A stretch of DNA of 64,000 nt from the NCBI RefSeq assembly GCF_018350175.1, contig NC_058369.1, positions 4,776,001-4,840,000 of the forward strand, read 5' to 3'. The notes under the pieces were generated by a model. It searched no databases. It saw only the letters and a program-made list of their open reading frames with translations, and was not told where the DNA came from. Origin of the DNA: Felis catus. Its lineage: Eukaryota. How positions within the stretch are numbered: the first letter of the stretch is position 1; every line of letters starts with the position of its first letter. Both the position numbers and the translations under genes were made by a program. Of this stretch, positions 36,631 to 50,040 are shown piece after piece.

Positions 36631-36885
36631 TATATATACTTCTTTTATTATAAATAGAATGCTATTATATATGGAATTATATATTATATTTATGTTGTAT
36701 ATATTATTTACATATGATATATAAATGGATATATTTATAAATATATAAATATACTATCATTTAATGAAATATGTGATTAATATGTTAGTATGTATGAATT
36801 ATATAATTATAGATTAATTAGTATTGACAAATGGATATTAATGTTATGTTGATAATATATTGATATTATATACATATATATTTTT
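36631..36885. repeat. AT-rich low-complexity tract
   Basis: Degenerate (TA)n. Confidence 0.8.
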
Positions 36886-38085
36886 CTTTTTAAAAATATA
36901 ATTTATTGTCAAGTTAGCTATCATACACTATATACAGTGCGCTCTTGGTTTTGGGGGTAGATTCCTGTGATTCATCGCTTACATACAACACCCAGTGCTC
37001 ATCACAAGTGCCCTCCTCAATGCCCATCACCCATTCCCTCTCCCCCACCTCCCCATCAACCCTCAGTTTGTTCTCTGTATTTAAGAGTGCCTTATGGGTT
37101 TGCCTCCCTCTCTGTTTGAAACTATTTTTTTCCCCTTCCCTTCCCCCATGGTCTTCTGTTAAGTTTCTCAAATCCCACATATGGGTGAAAACATATGATA
37201 TCTGTCTTTCTCTGACCGACTTATTTCACTTAGCATTAATACCCTCCAGTTCCATCCATGTTGTTGTAAATGGCAGGATTTCATTCTTTCTTATTGCCAA
37301 GTAGTATTCCATTGTATATACAAACCACATCTTCTTTATCTGTTCATCAGCGGATGGACATTTGGGCTCTTTCCATAATTTGGCTATTGTTGAAAGAGCT
37401 GCTATAAACATTGAGGTACAAGTGCCCCTATGAATCAGCACTCCTGTGTCCTTTGGATAAATTCCTAGTAGTACAATTGCTGGGTTGTAGGGTAGTTCTA
37501 TTTTTAATTTTTTGAGGAACCTCCATACTGTTTTCCAGAGGGGCTGCACCAGTTTGTATTCCCACCAACAGTGCAAGAGGGTTCCCCTTTCTCCTCATCC
37601 TCAATAACATCTGTTATTTCCTGAGTTGTTAATTTTAGCCACTCTGGCCAGTGTGAGGTGGTATCTCAATGTGGTTTTGATTTGTATTTCCCTGATGAGG
37701 AGTGACGTTGAGCATCTTTTCATGTGTCTGTTGGCCATCTGGATGTCTTCTTTGGAAAAGTGTCTATTCATGTCTTCTGCCCATTTCTTCACTGGATTAT
37801 TTGGTTTTCAGGTGTTGAGTTTGGTAAGTTCTTTATAGATTTTGGATACTAACCCTTTACCCAATATGTCATTTGCAAATATCTTCTTCTGTTCTGTCGC
37901 TTGCCTTTTAGTTTTGTTGATTGTTCCCTTTGCTGTGCAGAAGCTTTTTATCTTCATGAGGTCCCAATAGTTCATTTTTGCTTTTATTTCTCTTGCCTTT
38001 GGAGACGTGTCAAGTAAGGAATTGCTGTGGCTGAGGTCGAAGAGGTTGTTCCTGTTTTCTCCTGCAGGATTTTGATGGTTTCCTG
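36886..38085 (-). mobile_element. 5'-truncated carnivore L1 (ORF2 C-terminus plus 3' UTR)
   Basis: [58 protein letters not shown]. Confidence 0.92.
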
Positions 38086-38272
38086 TTAATGTTTATTTAT
38101 TTTTGAGGTGGTGGGAGGGACAGAGAGAGAGAGAGGGAGACAGAATCTGAAGCAGGCTCTAGGCTCTGAGCTGTCAGCACAGAGCCAGATGTGGGGCTCA
38201 AGCGCATGAACCGTGAGATCATGATCTGAGTCGAATTCAGATGCTTAACCAACTGAGCCACTCAGGCGCTCC
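38086..38272 (-). mobile_element. Can-SINE lacking poly-A, directly fused to the L1 5' truncation point
   Basis: On minus the tail ends ...aaataaacattaa and runs straight into L1 caggaaaccatc. Confidence 0.8.
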
Positions 38273-40543
38273 TATATTTTTATATATTAGTATTGTTGAG
38301 CCATAAAACAGTAGAAATCCTGCCATTTACTACAATGTGCATGAACCTGAAGTAAAATAAACCAGACAGAGAAAGACGAATACTGTATGATATTACTTAT
38401 AAGTAGAATCAGGAAAAGAAAGGTCAAATTTATAGTAACAGAGTAGGACCATGGTTACCAGGGTCTGGAGGGTGGAGAAAATGGGGAGATATTGGCCAAA
38501 GGGTACAAACTTTCCCTTAAAGATGAACAGGTTCGAGACACCTGGGTGGCTCAGTGGGTTAAGCGTATGATTCTTGGTTTTGGCTCGGGTCGTGATCTCA
38601 TGGCTTGTGAGTTTGAGCCCTGCATCAGGCTCTGCATCGATGGTACAGAACCCGCTTGGGGTTTTGTCTCTCTCTCTTTGCCCCTCGCCCCCTCAAAATA
38701 AACTTGAAAAGAAGGATGAACAAGTTCTGTGGATCTGATGTACAGCACGGTAACTATACTTTATTGTATCACTGAAATTTGTTGAGAGTAAATTTTAAGC
38801 CTTCTCACCACACATCACAAAAAGGTAACTACGTGTAATGACTTTATTGTTAACTGACTTTATTGTGGTGATTCTTTCACAATGTATAGTTATGTCAACT
38901 CATCACGTTTTACACTTTATTTTATTTTTATATTTTTTTTATTTTTGAGAGACAGAGACAGAGCATGAGCAGGGAAGGGGCAGAGAGAGGGAGACACAGA
39001 ACGTGAAGCAGGCTCCAGGTTCTGAGCTGTCAGCACAGAGCCAGAGCCGGATGCGGGGCTCAAACTCACGCAAACCGTGAGAACATGACCTGAGTGGAAG
39101 TCAGATGCTCAACTGACTGAGCCACCCAGGTGCCCCATGTTGTACACTTTAAATATATGCAATTGTATTTATCAGTTATACCTCAATAAAGCTGGGGGGG
39201 GGGTGGTGGTGAGTCCCTTTAAACAAAGTTACTCATTTGGACATTAGGCATTTCATGCTGCCTGCCTCCATTTCTGCTTCCCTCCCTGAAAAGGTGATTA
39301 GGAATGTGGGGGATGGAGTGAGGTTTGAATATCCTCGTGGCAGTGGGGCACAGGTGGCCCTTAGGTTAATACATTTGGTATGCTTTCATCTAGAATATTT
39401 CCTGCAACCATTCTCTCTTGTATGATGTTTGCTTCTTGGTTCTTCGTGCTATCTATAGCACGATGCACTTGACTTGTTTTTGCCATGGAAAATATCAGAA
39501 TTATAAATATTTTTAGTTGTATAGGTAAAAAGCCATATTTTGGTGCTTAAAAATTTCTGGTCAGAAGTATTTGCATGCTGCATACTGTTTATTGTATCTT
39601 ATGAAATGGAAACTTGATGTTAATTCCTGATCTCAGAATCATGTACTTGGATGTGACCACAGGCGCTGATTCTACAAAAACTATCACTTAAACTGTTATT
39701 TGGGATTATCTAAACTTGTTTAAAAGGGAAGAAAGGAGTCACCCACTATTTTGGAGCTCACCCTGATGATGAATTTTACTTTTTGAATTTTTTCTTATTT
39801 GGGGGGAAAAAAGAGTTTCAGAATATGCTGCTATTGATAACTACTCACAAACCCATTTATGATCAAAGATGTAGCAGAAAACAATTTTTTTTTTTTTTGT
39901 TCTGGTCAGCATTGTCTGTCTAGGTAAATATATTGATTTCCAATATAATGGCATTTTAAAAATGTAAATCATTGTAAATATAAATGTAAATAATTTGTGA
40001 AATGTAAATAAATGTAAAATAATTTATTCTTTTAAGACACATGCTCCCCTTAATGAGATTCAAAAGAAGTCAGATGTGAGGGATGTGTACCGATGCAGAG
40101 ACAAGGTATGAAGTTCCTGTAATCCACATCATGTCTGTTTCAATGGGGCTTTGAGAACCAACTGAAACCATATCATTTTCCGTCATAAGGGCAAGCAAAA
40201 CTATAAAAAAGGCAACTAAATCTTGGTCCAGAAACAGATAACTACCAGGGCGCTTGGGTGGTTCTTCAGCTCATGGTTTCGGTTCAGGTCATGATCTAAG
40301 GGTTCATGAGGGCGAGCCCCACATTGGGCTCTGTGCTGACATTGGGGAGTCTGCTTGGGATTCTCTCTCTCTCTCTGTGCCCCTCCCCCGATCATGCACG
40401 GGCATTCTCCCTGTCTTAAAATCAATAAATAAACATTAAAAAGGTAAAGAAAAGGATAACTACCCACTGACAGCCCCCTCCATCCCAAACCTCAGGACTC
40501 TTCTTTCCTTGGGACCACATAAAGGGTGATTGTGGTACTCTCC

Positions 40544-40585
<42 letters not shown>

Positions 40586-41023
40586 CGTGTGTGTTGAGTA
40601 AATAAATGTGCTGAATCTTGGCTGTGCCTTGTGGGGAGGGAGAGGCTGGAAAGGAGCAAGGGGGCTGAGGAGAGAGAGTGGACCGGGGCACAGACCTGTG
40701 AGTGACGGGGTCACTTCGGAATTGGATTCTCTAGACCCAGCTGCCCCAGCAGGTACCACTTGGATCACAGAGCAACCATCCCAACAAACCCTTTTTTAAT
40801 TCCTGACTCTTACAATTTTAAGCAAAATAAAGCCAGTACTTTTTTGGGGCAGCTTGCTGCCCCATTCCAGCCAAAACGGTGGTGATGGGGTATCATTCTG
40901 ATTCTAGCAACAAAGCAGCTGAGGCTAGCGCTTGAAGTAATTTACCTAAGGAGGGGGCTTAGGGCTTGTACCCAGACAGTTGAATTTCCAGACTTATTAT
41001 TGTGCTTACCCCAAATCTAGACT

Positions 41024-41262
41024 AATGGTTCTCAACTAGGGATGACTCTGCCCGCGCCCCCCCCCCCCCAGCCCCCTGCCAGGGACACCAGGCAATGTCT
41101 ACAGATATGTATGGTTATCACATGGTGGGGGGGAAACTCCTGGCATCAGGTGGGTGCGGGCAGGGATGCTGCTCAACACCTCGAAGTGCCCAGGATGCCC
41201 CCACCATGGAGAACCACCCAGCTCCAAGCGTCAATAGCACTGAGTCTGGGAAAGCCTTCTCT
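41024..41262 (+). mobile_element. MER20-like hAT transposon
   Basis: atggttctcaactagg...ctcctggcatc...cagggatgctgctcaacacc...gtcaatagcactgag. Confidence 0.7.
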
Positions 41263-41794
41263 AGACCTCAGAGTCTGGTTATTCTGTTTATGAGATGCTC
41301 TGTATCATGCACTGGCTGCGTGCAGGTCTGGAGTAAAGATCCCTTCCTGAAGTGTAGCACCCAGCTCCAGGAAGGCTGTCCTAGTCAGCTTGAGCTGACG
41401 TAATAAAATACTACGGACTCGGGGAGGGGGCGGTGTAGACCACAGACCTTTATTTTCTCGCAGTTCTGGAGGCTGGGAAGTTCAAGAGTAAGGCCCAGCA
41501 GGGTCACGTTCTGGCAACTACTCTCCTCCTGGCTGGCAAACAGCTGCGTCCTGCTTGCTGTGTCCTTACATGGTAGTGGGCGGGGGGCTGGGGAGAGAGA
41601 GAGAAAGAGAGAGAGACAGAGAGGTGAGGAGGGGAGGGGCAGAGAGAGGGAGAGAGAGAGAATCCCAAGCAGATTCTGCACTCCCAGCATGGAGCCCTAT
41701 GTGGGGCTCTAACCCCCCAACCGTGAGATCATAACCAGAGCCCAAACCACGATTCCGACGTTCAACAGACTGAGCCACCCAGGTGCCCTCATCG

Positions 41795-42652
41795 ATCACT
41801 TTTGACACCCTATGTGTGGGTTTTTCCCCCCCACACTGGCCAATTCTCTGACCCCAGCTGGGCATCCTATGATTCAATCCCCCCACCATCTATCTGGAGT
41901 TAGTGGGAGATCCCACCAGTTAAGGGCTCGGTCCCACCAGACTGCCCGCCCCACCCCCCCTTCAGGTGCCAACCATGTCTGGGTCTCTGACCAACCGGCT
42001 GTGAGTAGCAGGTTTCCACAACTCCTCGGGTTGATAATTTGCAATCCCAAACTCACAGAACTCAGGAAAACAGTCTACTAACTAGATTGATTACCTGTTT
42101 GATATAAGAGGATACAAGTCAGCAACAGCCAGATGGAAGAGACATATGGGGCCAAGTTTGGAGAGGGGTCGGGCCTCTGCGTCCTGTCTAGACAGACACC
42201 CTGCCCTCCGAAAACGCCTCCGGGTCAGAGCTTTCGTTATGTAGGCACGGTTGATTAAATCATTGGCCATTAGTGCTGAGCTCAATTTCCAGTCCCTCTT
42301 CCCACGTAGGCCATGAGGGGGTGGGGCTGAAAGTTCGAACCCTCTAAATTACTTTCGTTCCGTGGCAACCAGCTCCCCCATCCTTTGGGGCTTTCCAAAA
42401 GTCACTTCGTTAACACAAACTCAGGCACGGTTGAGTTTAAAAAGGGGCTTGTTATGAATAATGAAAGGAGATTACAGGATTTTAGGAGCTAGGAGCTCTG
42501 TGTCAGGGACTGGAGACAAGACCAAAAATATATATTATTATATTTATAATATTATAAATATATATAACTATATAAATATATATTTTTAGTATATGTAGTA
42601 TATATAATATATACTATAAATAAATAAAAATGTATATTATATGCAATATCAC
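41795..42652 (-). mobile_element. MER21-like LTR inserted, with a SINE at ~41575-41787, into an MLT1 LTR (41377-41570 and 42653-42740)
   Basis: Minus-strand start gtgatattg...tatatttttggtcttgtc...cagagctccta...aaaatcctg; the two MLT1 halves flank it. Confidence 0.6.
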
Positions 42653-43782
42653 CTTCCAACGGCCCCATCTCCGAATACCATTACATTGGGGTATAAGACC
42701 TCAACTTGAGAAATTTGGGGGACACATTCCATCTATAACATGGGTACCCCACCCCCCCCCAGTTGATGCTTCAGCTAAGTTCTCACCTGGCTGTCCTACT
42801 AGCCTATGACTCCCCGTGGTTTTTACTTCTGGTGTTTATGATTTCCCTGTCAGTGGACTCTCCATTTTATTTCTTGTGCAGGAGGATAGTTTGGGGACTA
42901 CTTGGCTTCCAATTCGTTAGAAGAAAAAGACTTTTTTTAAGTTTATTTATTTATGTTGAGAGACAGGGGAGGGGCAGAGAGAGAGGGAAAGAGAGACAGA
43001 ATCCCAAGCAGGCTCTGCTCTGTCAGCCTGGAGCCCAATGGGGGCTTGATCCCATGAACTGTGAGATCACGACCTGAGCCAAAGTTAGACACTTAACTGA
43101 CAGCCACCCAGGCACCCCAGAAGAAAAAGATTTTAAACGCAAGCAATTTCAGAAAATTGGTGAGCGCCTGTGAGATGAGTTATGTTAATTATGAAACCCA
43201 AATCCCAGGGCTTTAATTTATTTTTATTTCTTTATTTATTTTTAAGTAGGCTTTACATCCAACGTGGGGTTTGAGCTCACAACCTGAGCTGAGATCAAGA
43301 GTTGGACGCTTAACAACAACAAACAACAACAACAACAAAGAGTTGGACTCTTAACTGACTGAGCCACCCAGGCACCCCCAAATCACAGGGTTTTTAGTGG
43401 ACATAGAATTTACATAATTACAAGCATAGCATTGCAATGATATTGACCGACGCTTTTATCTCGGTAACCCACATTCCTTCCAAGATTCGGACCATTTCCA
43501 TCACTCCAGAAATGTCCTATGTGTCCTTCCCAAGTCAACACAACAGGGTTGTAACCATTGTTGTGTTGTTGTAACCATTGTTCTGACACTCATTACGATG
43601 CATAAAATTGTTCCTGAACGTCTGATATGTAGAAGTATATAGAGTGTGTTTGTTGGTGTCTGGCATCTTTCACTCAAAATAAGGTTTCTGAAGTTCAGCC
43701 ATGTTCTGTGTATCAGCAGTTCATTCCTTCTTCGTTGTTGAGTAACATTTCATTGTACAAATGGGGCTCAGTTTGTTTATCC

Positions 43783-44312
43783 TGTTGGAAAAGAAACAAC
43801 GACCCTGAATGGAGTCATTTGCTCCCACGATGGCAAGCCAAGACATGATGGCAGCCTCAACCTCCCCAAAACGTGATTTTTGAACAGTCAACCTGAAAGG
43901 TCCTGATCAGTGCTAATGAGGTAATGCATGAACTAAGATCCCTTCTATTTCCTCTTCCTCTTCTGTAGAATGAATGAGGCTTAGCCTGAAACTTTTTTTT
44001 TTTTTTTTCAGAGAAAGACACCACAAAGAAGAAGGGCAGAGGGAGAGAGAGAGTCTCAAGCAGGGCTGGATCCCACGACTGTGAGATCATGACCTGAATA
44101 GAAACCAAGAGACCAAGAGTTAGACACTTAACGGACTGAGTCACCAAGGTGCCCCTGAAACAATCTTTTCTTTTGTTTTGTAATAACTTCTTTGCTCTAC
44201 TCTCTCGCTCAGAAAAACTTTGTTTTATACCGTTCCATAGAGTGCCATTTTCTGGAAGGGATGCTCCCGAACTGATGGATTGTTAAATTTATTCCATTGA
44301 ATTTTTGTTCTT
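43783..44312 (+). mobile_element. ERV1-type solo LTR with an internal SINE, inserted in an old L1 (43390-44500, minus)
   Basis: tgttggaaaag...atggagtc start; L1 text ttatcc|...|gttgacggacatttgggttgtttcc resumes after it. Confidence 0.55.
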
Positions 44313-44785
44313 TAGAAATCTGTTCCCTAGTTGACGGACATTTGGGTTGTTTCCCGGTTTTGCTTATTATGAATAATGTGGCTACAAACAGCACTGGGCA
44401 CCTGCCGGTTAACACATGTTCATCGTTATCAGGGAAACACCTAGAAGTGAACTGATTAGTTACAGTGTTGGTACACATTTAATTTTACAAGGCTCTTACC
44501 ATATATATATTTTTAAATAGCAATATAAAAATCAAAATAGAAACAGAAACTTGAAAACACATACGTGTGTTTGCACATCAGTTACAAAACGTGGTACCCA
44601 TATGTTACCATTTTTATGCAACCACATGATAATTCAATACATCTCGCTAAAAAATTTTTTTTTAATCTTGTAAAATATACCTAATTTTAACATCTTAATC
44701 GTGTTAAAGTGTGCAGTGCAAAGGCATTAGGTACATTCACATTGTTGTGTGTCCATTCTCCGTTACTCATCTGCAGGACTGTTTT

Positions 44786-45649
44786 TTTTTTATTTTATTT
44801 TTTATTTTTTAAAATTTACATCCAAATTAGTTAACATATAGTGCAACAATGATTTTAGGAGTAGATTCCTTAATGCCCCTGACCCATTTAGTCTATCCCC
44901 CCTCCCACAACCCCTCCAGTAACCCTCAGTTTGTTCTCCATATTTATGAGTCTCTTCTGTTTTGCCCCCCTCCCTGTTTTTATATTATTTTTGCTTCCCT
45001 TCCCTTGTGTTCATCTGTTCTGTGTCTTTTTTTTTTAAATTTTTTTAACGTTTATTTATTTTTGAGACAGAGAGAGATAGAGCATGAACGGGAGAGAGAG
45101 GGAGACACAGAATCTGAAACAGGCTCCAGGCTCTGAGCTGTCAGCACAGAGCCTGACACGGGGCTCGAACCCACGAACTACGAGATTGTGACCTGAGCTG
45201 AAGTCGGACGCTTAGCCGACTGAGCCACCCAGGCACCCCTGTTCTGTGTCTTAAAGTCCTCATATGAGTGAGGTCATATGATATTTGTCTTTCTCTGACT
45301 GACTAATTTCGCTTAGCATAATCCCCTCCAGTTCCATCCATGTAGTTGCAAATGGCAAGATTGCATTCTTTTTGACTGCCGAGTAATACTCCATTGTATA
45401 TACAGACCACATCTTCTTTATCCATTCATCCGCCGATGGACATTTGGGCTCCTTCCATACTTTGGCTATTGCCAATAGGGCTGCTATAAACATTGGGGTG
45501 CATGTGTCCCTTCAAAACAGCACACCCGTATCCCTTGGATAAATGCCTAGTAGTGCAATTGGTGGGTCATAGGGTAGTTCTATTTTTAGTTTTTTGAGGA
45601 ACCTCCATACTGTTTTCCAGAGTGGCTGCACCAGTTTGCATTCCCACCA
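44786..45649 (-). mobile_element. 5'-truncated feline L1 with a nested Can-SINE (~45025-45239)
   Basis: TSD caggactgtttt(t) at ~44774 and ~45650; peptide MFIAALLAIAKVWKEPKCPS. Confidence 0.9.
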
Positions 45650-45844
45650 CAGGACTGTTTTAATTCTGTCCCCCTTCGCATTTATATTTCTTTTTCTGGT
45701 AGCATGAACTTTCTGGGAATGACCTAGAAACTGTGAAAGCTTGAAAGTGATTTTGAACAGCTTTTCTTCTTTTTGAGTGTTTTTTTGGAACTCTCTCTTT
45801 TTTCCTTTTCAGCATTTCTCTGTAAGTTTATCTCCCTCTTTCTC

Positions 45845-46207
45845 TTTTTTTAAGTAGGCTTCACGCCCAGTGCAGAGCCCAACGTGGGGCATGAACTCAA
45901 GACCTTGGGGTCAAGGGCGCCTGGGTGGCGCAGTCGGTTAAGCGTCCGACTTCAGCCAGGTCACGATCTCGCGGTCCGTGAGTTCGAGCCCCGCGTCGGG
46001 CTCTGGGCTGATGGCTCGGAGCCTGGAGCCTGTTTCCGATTCTGTGTCTCCCTCTCTCTCTGCCCCTCGCCCGTTCATGCTCTGTCTCTCTCTGTCCCAA
46101 AAATAAATAAAAAACGTTGGAAAAAAAAAAAAAAAGACCTTGGGGTCAAGACCCGACCAGAGATCAAGAGTTAGATGCTTAACCGACTGAGCCACCCAGG
46201 CACCCCC
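45845..46207. mobile_element. Young plus-strand Can-SINE (45916-46133) inserted in an older minus-strand SINE
   Basis: Perfect 17-bp TSD aagaccttggggtcaag at 45899-45915 and 46134-46150. Confidence 0.92.
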
Positions 46208-46459
46208 AGAACTCTAACATATTCTGTCCATTTGTTGTTTTTTCTCTTTCACCTGTCCTATCTCTGAATTCAGATGTTCTGGAGAAAATTGAACACGTGT
46301 TATAACTATTCCAGGTTTGTGAGACATACCTGCAAGGGGGCTGTTTCTCAGCATCATCTCAAAAGCTTTAAATAACACTGAGCCTTAGGACCATCTGAGA
46401 CTGACTGCATTGGAATTTCTAGATGTGAGGCCCAATAATATGTATTTTAACAATACTGG

Positions 46460-47548
46460 TGTATGGTAGGCAGAATTGAAGACTATCCCCAATGACCCCT
46501 GCCCTTATATAACTTCCTTCCCTGTGAAAAGGACAGGATATCACTTCCATGATTATGTTATAGAGCAAAAGGGATTTTGCAGGTTTTGCTTAGTTGACTT
46601 TGAGTTAATCAAAAGAGATTATTCGGGTGGGCCTGGGCTTTTTATACAAACTCTTCTTTTTAAAAAATTTTTTCAGGGGCGCCTGGGTGGCGCAGTCGGT
46701 TAAGCGTCCGACTTCAGCCAGGTCACGATCTCGCGGTCCGTGGGTTCGAGCCCCGCGTCAGGCTCTGGGCTGATGGCTCGGAGCCTGGAGCCTGTTTCCG
46801 ATTCTGTGTCTCCCTCTCTCTCTGCCCCTCTCCCGTTCATGCTTTGTCTCTCTCTGTCCCAAAAATAAATAAAAAACGTTGAAAAAAATTTTTTTTTAAA
46901 TTTTTTAAGTGTTTATTTATTTTTGAGAGAAAGAAAGAGTGTGAGCGGGGGAGGGGCAGAGACAGAAGGAGACACAGAATCCGAAGCAGGCTCCAGGATT
47001 CAAGCTGTCAGCACAGAGCCCGATGTGGGGCTCGAACCCACAAACTGTGAGATCATGACCTGAGCCAAAGTTGGATGCTTAACTGACTGAGCCACCACAG
47101 GCGCCCCTACACAAACTCTAACTCTGGATCTAGAAGTCAGAGGTGGAGAACGTTAGAGGCCAGAGATTCACAACTGGAGAAGGAGTCAGCCTGTCCTTGC
47201 TGGCTTTGAAGATGGAGGGAAGCCTGTGGCAAGAGCCTGCGCACATCTTCGAGCTGAGAGTGACTCCTGGCCAATAATAAGTGAGAAAGTGGAGACCTCA
47301 ATCCTCCAACTGCAAGGAACTAAATTGTGCCAACAACACAAATGAACTTGGACATGATTCTTCTCTAGTCCAGCCTCCAGGTGAGAACACAGCTTGTAAA
47401 CACCTCCACTGTGAAACGCTGAGCACAGAATCCCACGGAGCCTTGTCTGGACTGCCCCCTCTACGGACACCATGAGTTAATAAATGAGTGTTGTTTTAAA
47501 CCACTAAGTTTGTGGCAATTCAATACATAGCTCTAGGTGACTAATAAA
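46460..47548 (+). mobile_element. MLT1-type LTR interrupted by a tail-to-tail Can-SINE pair (46676-47107)
   Basis: tggtaggcagaatt...ttgctggctttgaagatgga...taataaatgagtgttgttttaaaccactaagtttgtgg. Confidence 0.75.
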
Positions 47549-48340
47549 CCTACTTATTTCTATGTGGTGAACCTGTTGATTGGGGTCACTTGTCCTGAGA
47601 ATTTTACACTGTGTGGATGTAGCACATTTTGTCTGTCCATTCGTCAATTGATGGGCGTTGGATTATTTCCACTTTTTGGTTATTATGAACAATCTGCTAC
47701 AGACATCTGTATGAAAGCATTGATCAGTTTCGTGTATATTAGCAAATTCACTTCAGATGTTCTTTGACTGACTATATAAGTTATGTTTCCTGAATTTGAA
47801 CCTGCCCTACTATCTTACCAATTCCTTCCTTAATGAATGAACTGAATAAACTCTTTGGCGCATGCTCATTCTATTTGCATAAAGACTGTGGTTTATATTT
47901 TTTGAACTTCACTAAAGGCCAGAGGTTTTCTGTAGCCTTTGGCTAACAACTAGGGCTATCCTTCTGGGTTCCTGTAATTGCTTCCTCCTCTGGCCTGTGA
48001 GAGCTGTGGCTAGCCCTGGGGATCCACATCTTTCCTGGTGGGTTCCCCTGACCCTCTCTACATTGTTGAACATGGTCCCTTTACCGATCACAGTGAGTGT
48101 GCTATTTGTTTTCAGGCCGGACCTGACTGATACTGTAGAGGCAGGGAGCATAGTTCCCTGCCCATACCCATATACAGGATATAGTTCCCTGTATCCCCGG
48201 CAGATACATAGTAGTACATAGCAGGTCCTCATTAGACCTTGTAGAGTGAAGAAACCAAAGGGCACATTCAGGCACTCAAGTTGCAGGTTCTTAAAGGTTT
48301 CTTATGTGTCTGCTGCTATGAATTGGCAATGTTGATTAAC

Positions 48341-48865
48341 TGTAGGTTAAGAAATCCCTATACCTTTCTGTTTCAGAAAATTGCTTACTGCAAGGAGCAA
48401 CCCCTCACCATATGACATAGATAAGACTCACAGATGTCCCCCTCATTTATCTGTAGTAAGGCCAGACACAGACCCTCCAAACCCTCGTTCTTTGCCTCAG
48501 AAGTGCTCAGCTGAACTGCTTGTCCCTGCTGATCCATTGAAGCACAATGCTTGTTAACCAAACTTTGGTTAAGCACCTCTAGAGTAAAACTTCCTCTGAT
48601 CCAATATCCCCTTTCACTGCCTTTTCATCCCACCTTCCCAGTGCTAGAAAGCTCAGTTCTTTCTAGCATTGTTTATTCCTTTCTACAAAAGAAAAAAAAA
48701 ATTCCCCCTTAAATCTTGAGATGCTTGAAGACTTTATACTCATGGTGTTCTCTTCTTGCAACAGTCCCCCTGACCAATTTCAATTATCTTTCCCTGCCCC
48801 CTTGTAAGACTCCTTTTGAATAAAGTCTCTCCTTACTGAGTCTGGATTTGCTTTTTATTGGACAG
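48341..48865 (+). mobile_element. ERV1-type solo LTR
   Basis: TG start, AATAAA at ~48819, CA end (...ttggaca). Confidence 0.55.
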
Positions 48866-49234
48866 AGTAATGGCCGGACATACATGGTGCAGGGGAGGAA
48901 ACAATTTCTCTACGCTGTTTGGGGAATTATTACTAGTAGTTTTAATTATATACATTAGTTGGAATTCTTATCTCTTAGAAATCTTACTTTCTTAGTGAAA
49001 ACTAAAAAGCAAGCAGTTATGAACTGTTATATACCAACATCTTATAGATTGGCAAATTCATGAACATACTATTTCATTATTTCTAGAAGCATCTATTTTC
49101 CACAATTTTCAATGTGGCACAAGACATGTTTACTAACAGACTCCAAAATTCTTTCATTTAAATAGGAAGCCAAAAGCAGGTACTGATTTGTAAATAATCT
49201 AGATATTCAATTAATACCCATCATTTCACTTAAA

Positions 49235-49684
49235 AATTTAAATGTTTATTTATTTTTGAAGGAGAGAGAAACAGAGCATGAGCAGGGGAGGAGCAGAGAG
49301 AGAGGGAGACACAGAATCCAGAGCAGGCTCCAGGCTCCAAGCTGCCAGCACAGAGCCTGACACGGGGCTTGAACTCACAAGCCATGAGATCATGACCTGA
49401 GCCAAAGTCGGATGCTTAGCCATGCTTAGCCAACTGAGCCACCCAGGCACCCCAATCATTCCACTTTTAACTTGGTAGAACTGTAAGATTTAAAGATACC
49501 AAAAATATTTTGGAAACTATTTTAAAGTGGACACACTTTAGGGGTGCTTGGGTGGCTCAGTTGGTTGAGCGTCTGACTTTGGCTCAGGTCATGATCTCAC
49601 TATTTGTGTGTTTGAGCCCCCCCCCCCCCCCCATCGGGCTCTGCTGACAGCTTCCAGGGCCTGGAGTCTGCTTCAGATTCTGTG

Positions 49685-49715
<31 letters not shown>

Positions 49716-50040
49716 GCCCTTCCCCCAATCATGCTTTCTGTCTCTCTCTCTCTCTCAAAAATTAATAAACTTTAAAAAAATTTCAAGTACACACACTTAT
49801 TAAACATAATCATTATTGAAAAGTTCATTTATAAACTTTCATCCCACATTTCTTTAATTCAGTTGTTCTTAACAATTATGTTTAGATGACTTACCGAAAC
49901 TTCATTAAACATTGAACAAAGCTGGGGCTGCGGGCTGGCTCAGTTGGTGGAGCATGTGACTCTTGATCTCTGCGTCCTGAATTTGGGCCCCACGTTGAGT
50001 GTGGAGATGACTTAAATAAATAAAAACTTAAAGCAAAATT
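49235..50040. mobile_element. Cluster of three Can-SINEs (minus 49235-49453; plus 49540-49785; plus 49925-50040)
   Basis: SINE heads and tails visible. Confidence 0.8.

Larger units (their letters stand above)
32780..39195 (+). mobile_element. Fragmented old L1 (ORF2 endonuclease and C-terminal remnants plus 3' UTR) hosting younger insertions
   Basis: Degraded L1 ORF2 peptides ([52 protein letters not shown]) with many stops; 3' end ...ttatacctcaataaagct at ~39190; SINEs at ~33505, 38535 and 38920. Confidence 0.85.

Noticed and set aside
33738..37838. L1 ORF2-like peptides as a functional retrotransposon
   Set aside because: They are fragmented and stop-ridden, come from at least three separate insertions, and include no intact ORF1 or ORF2.
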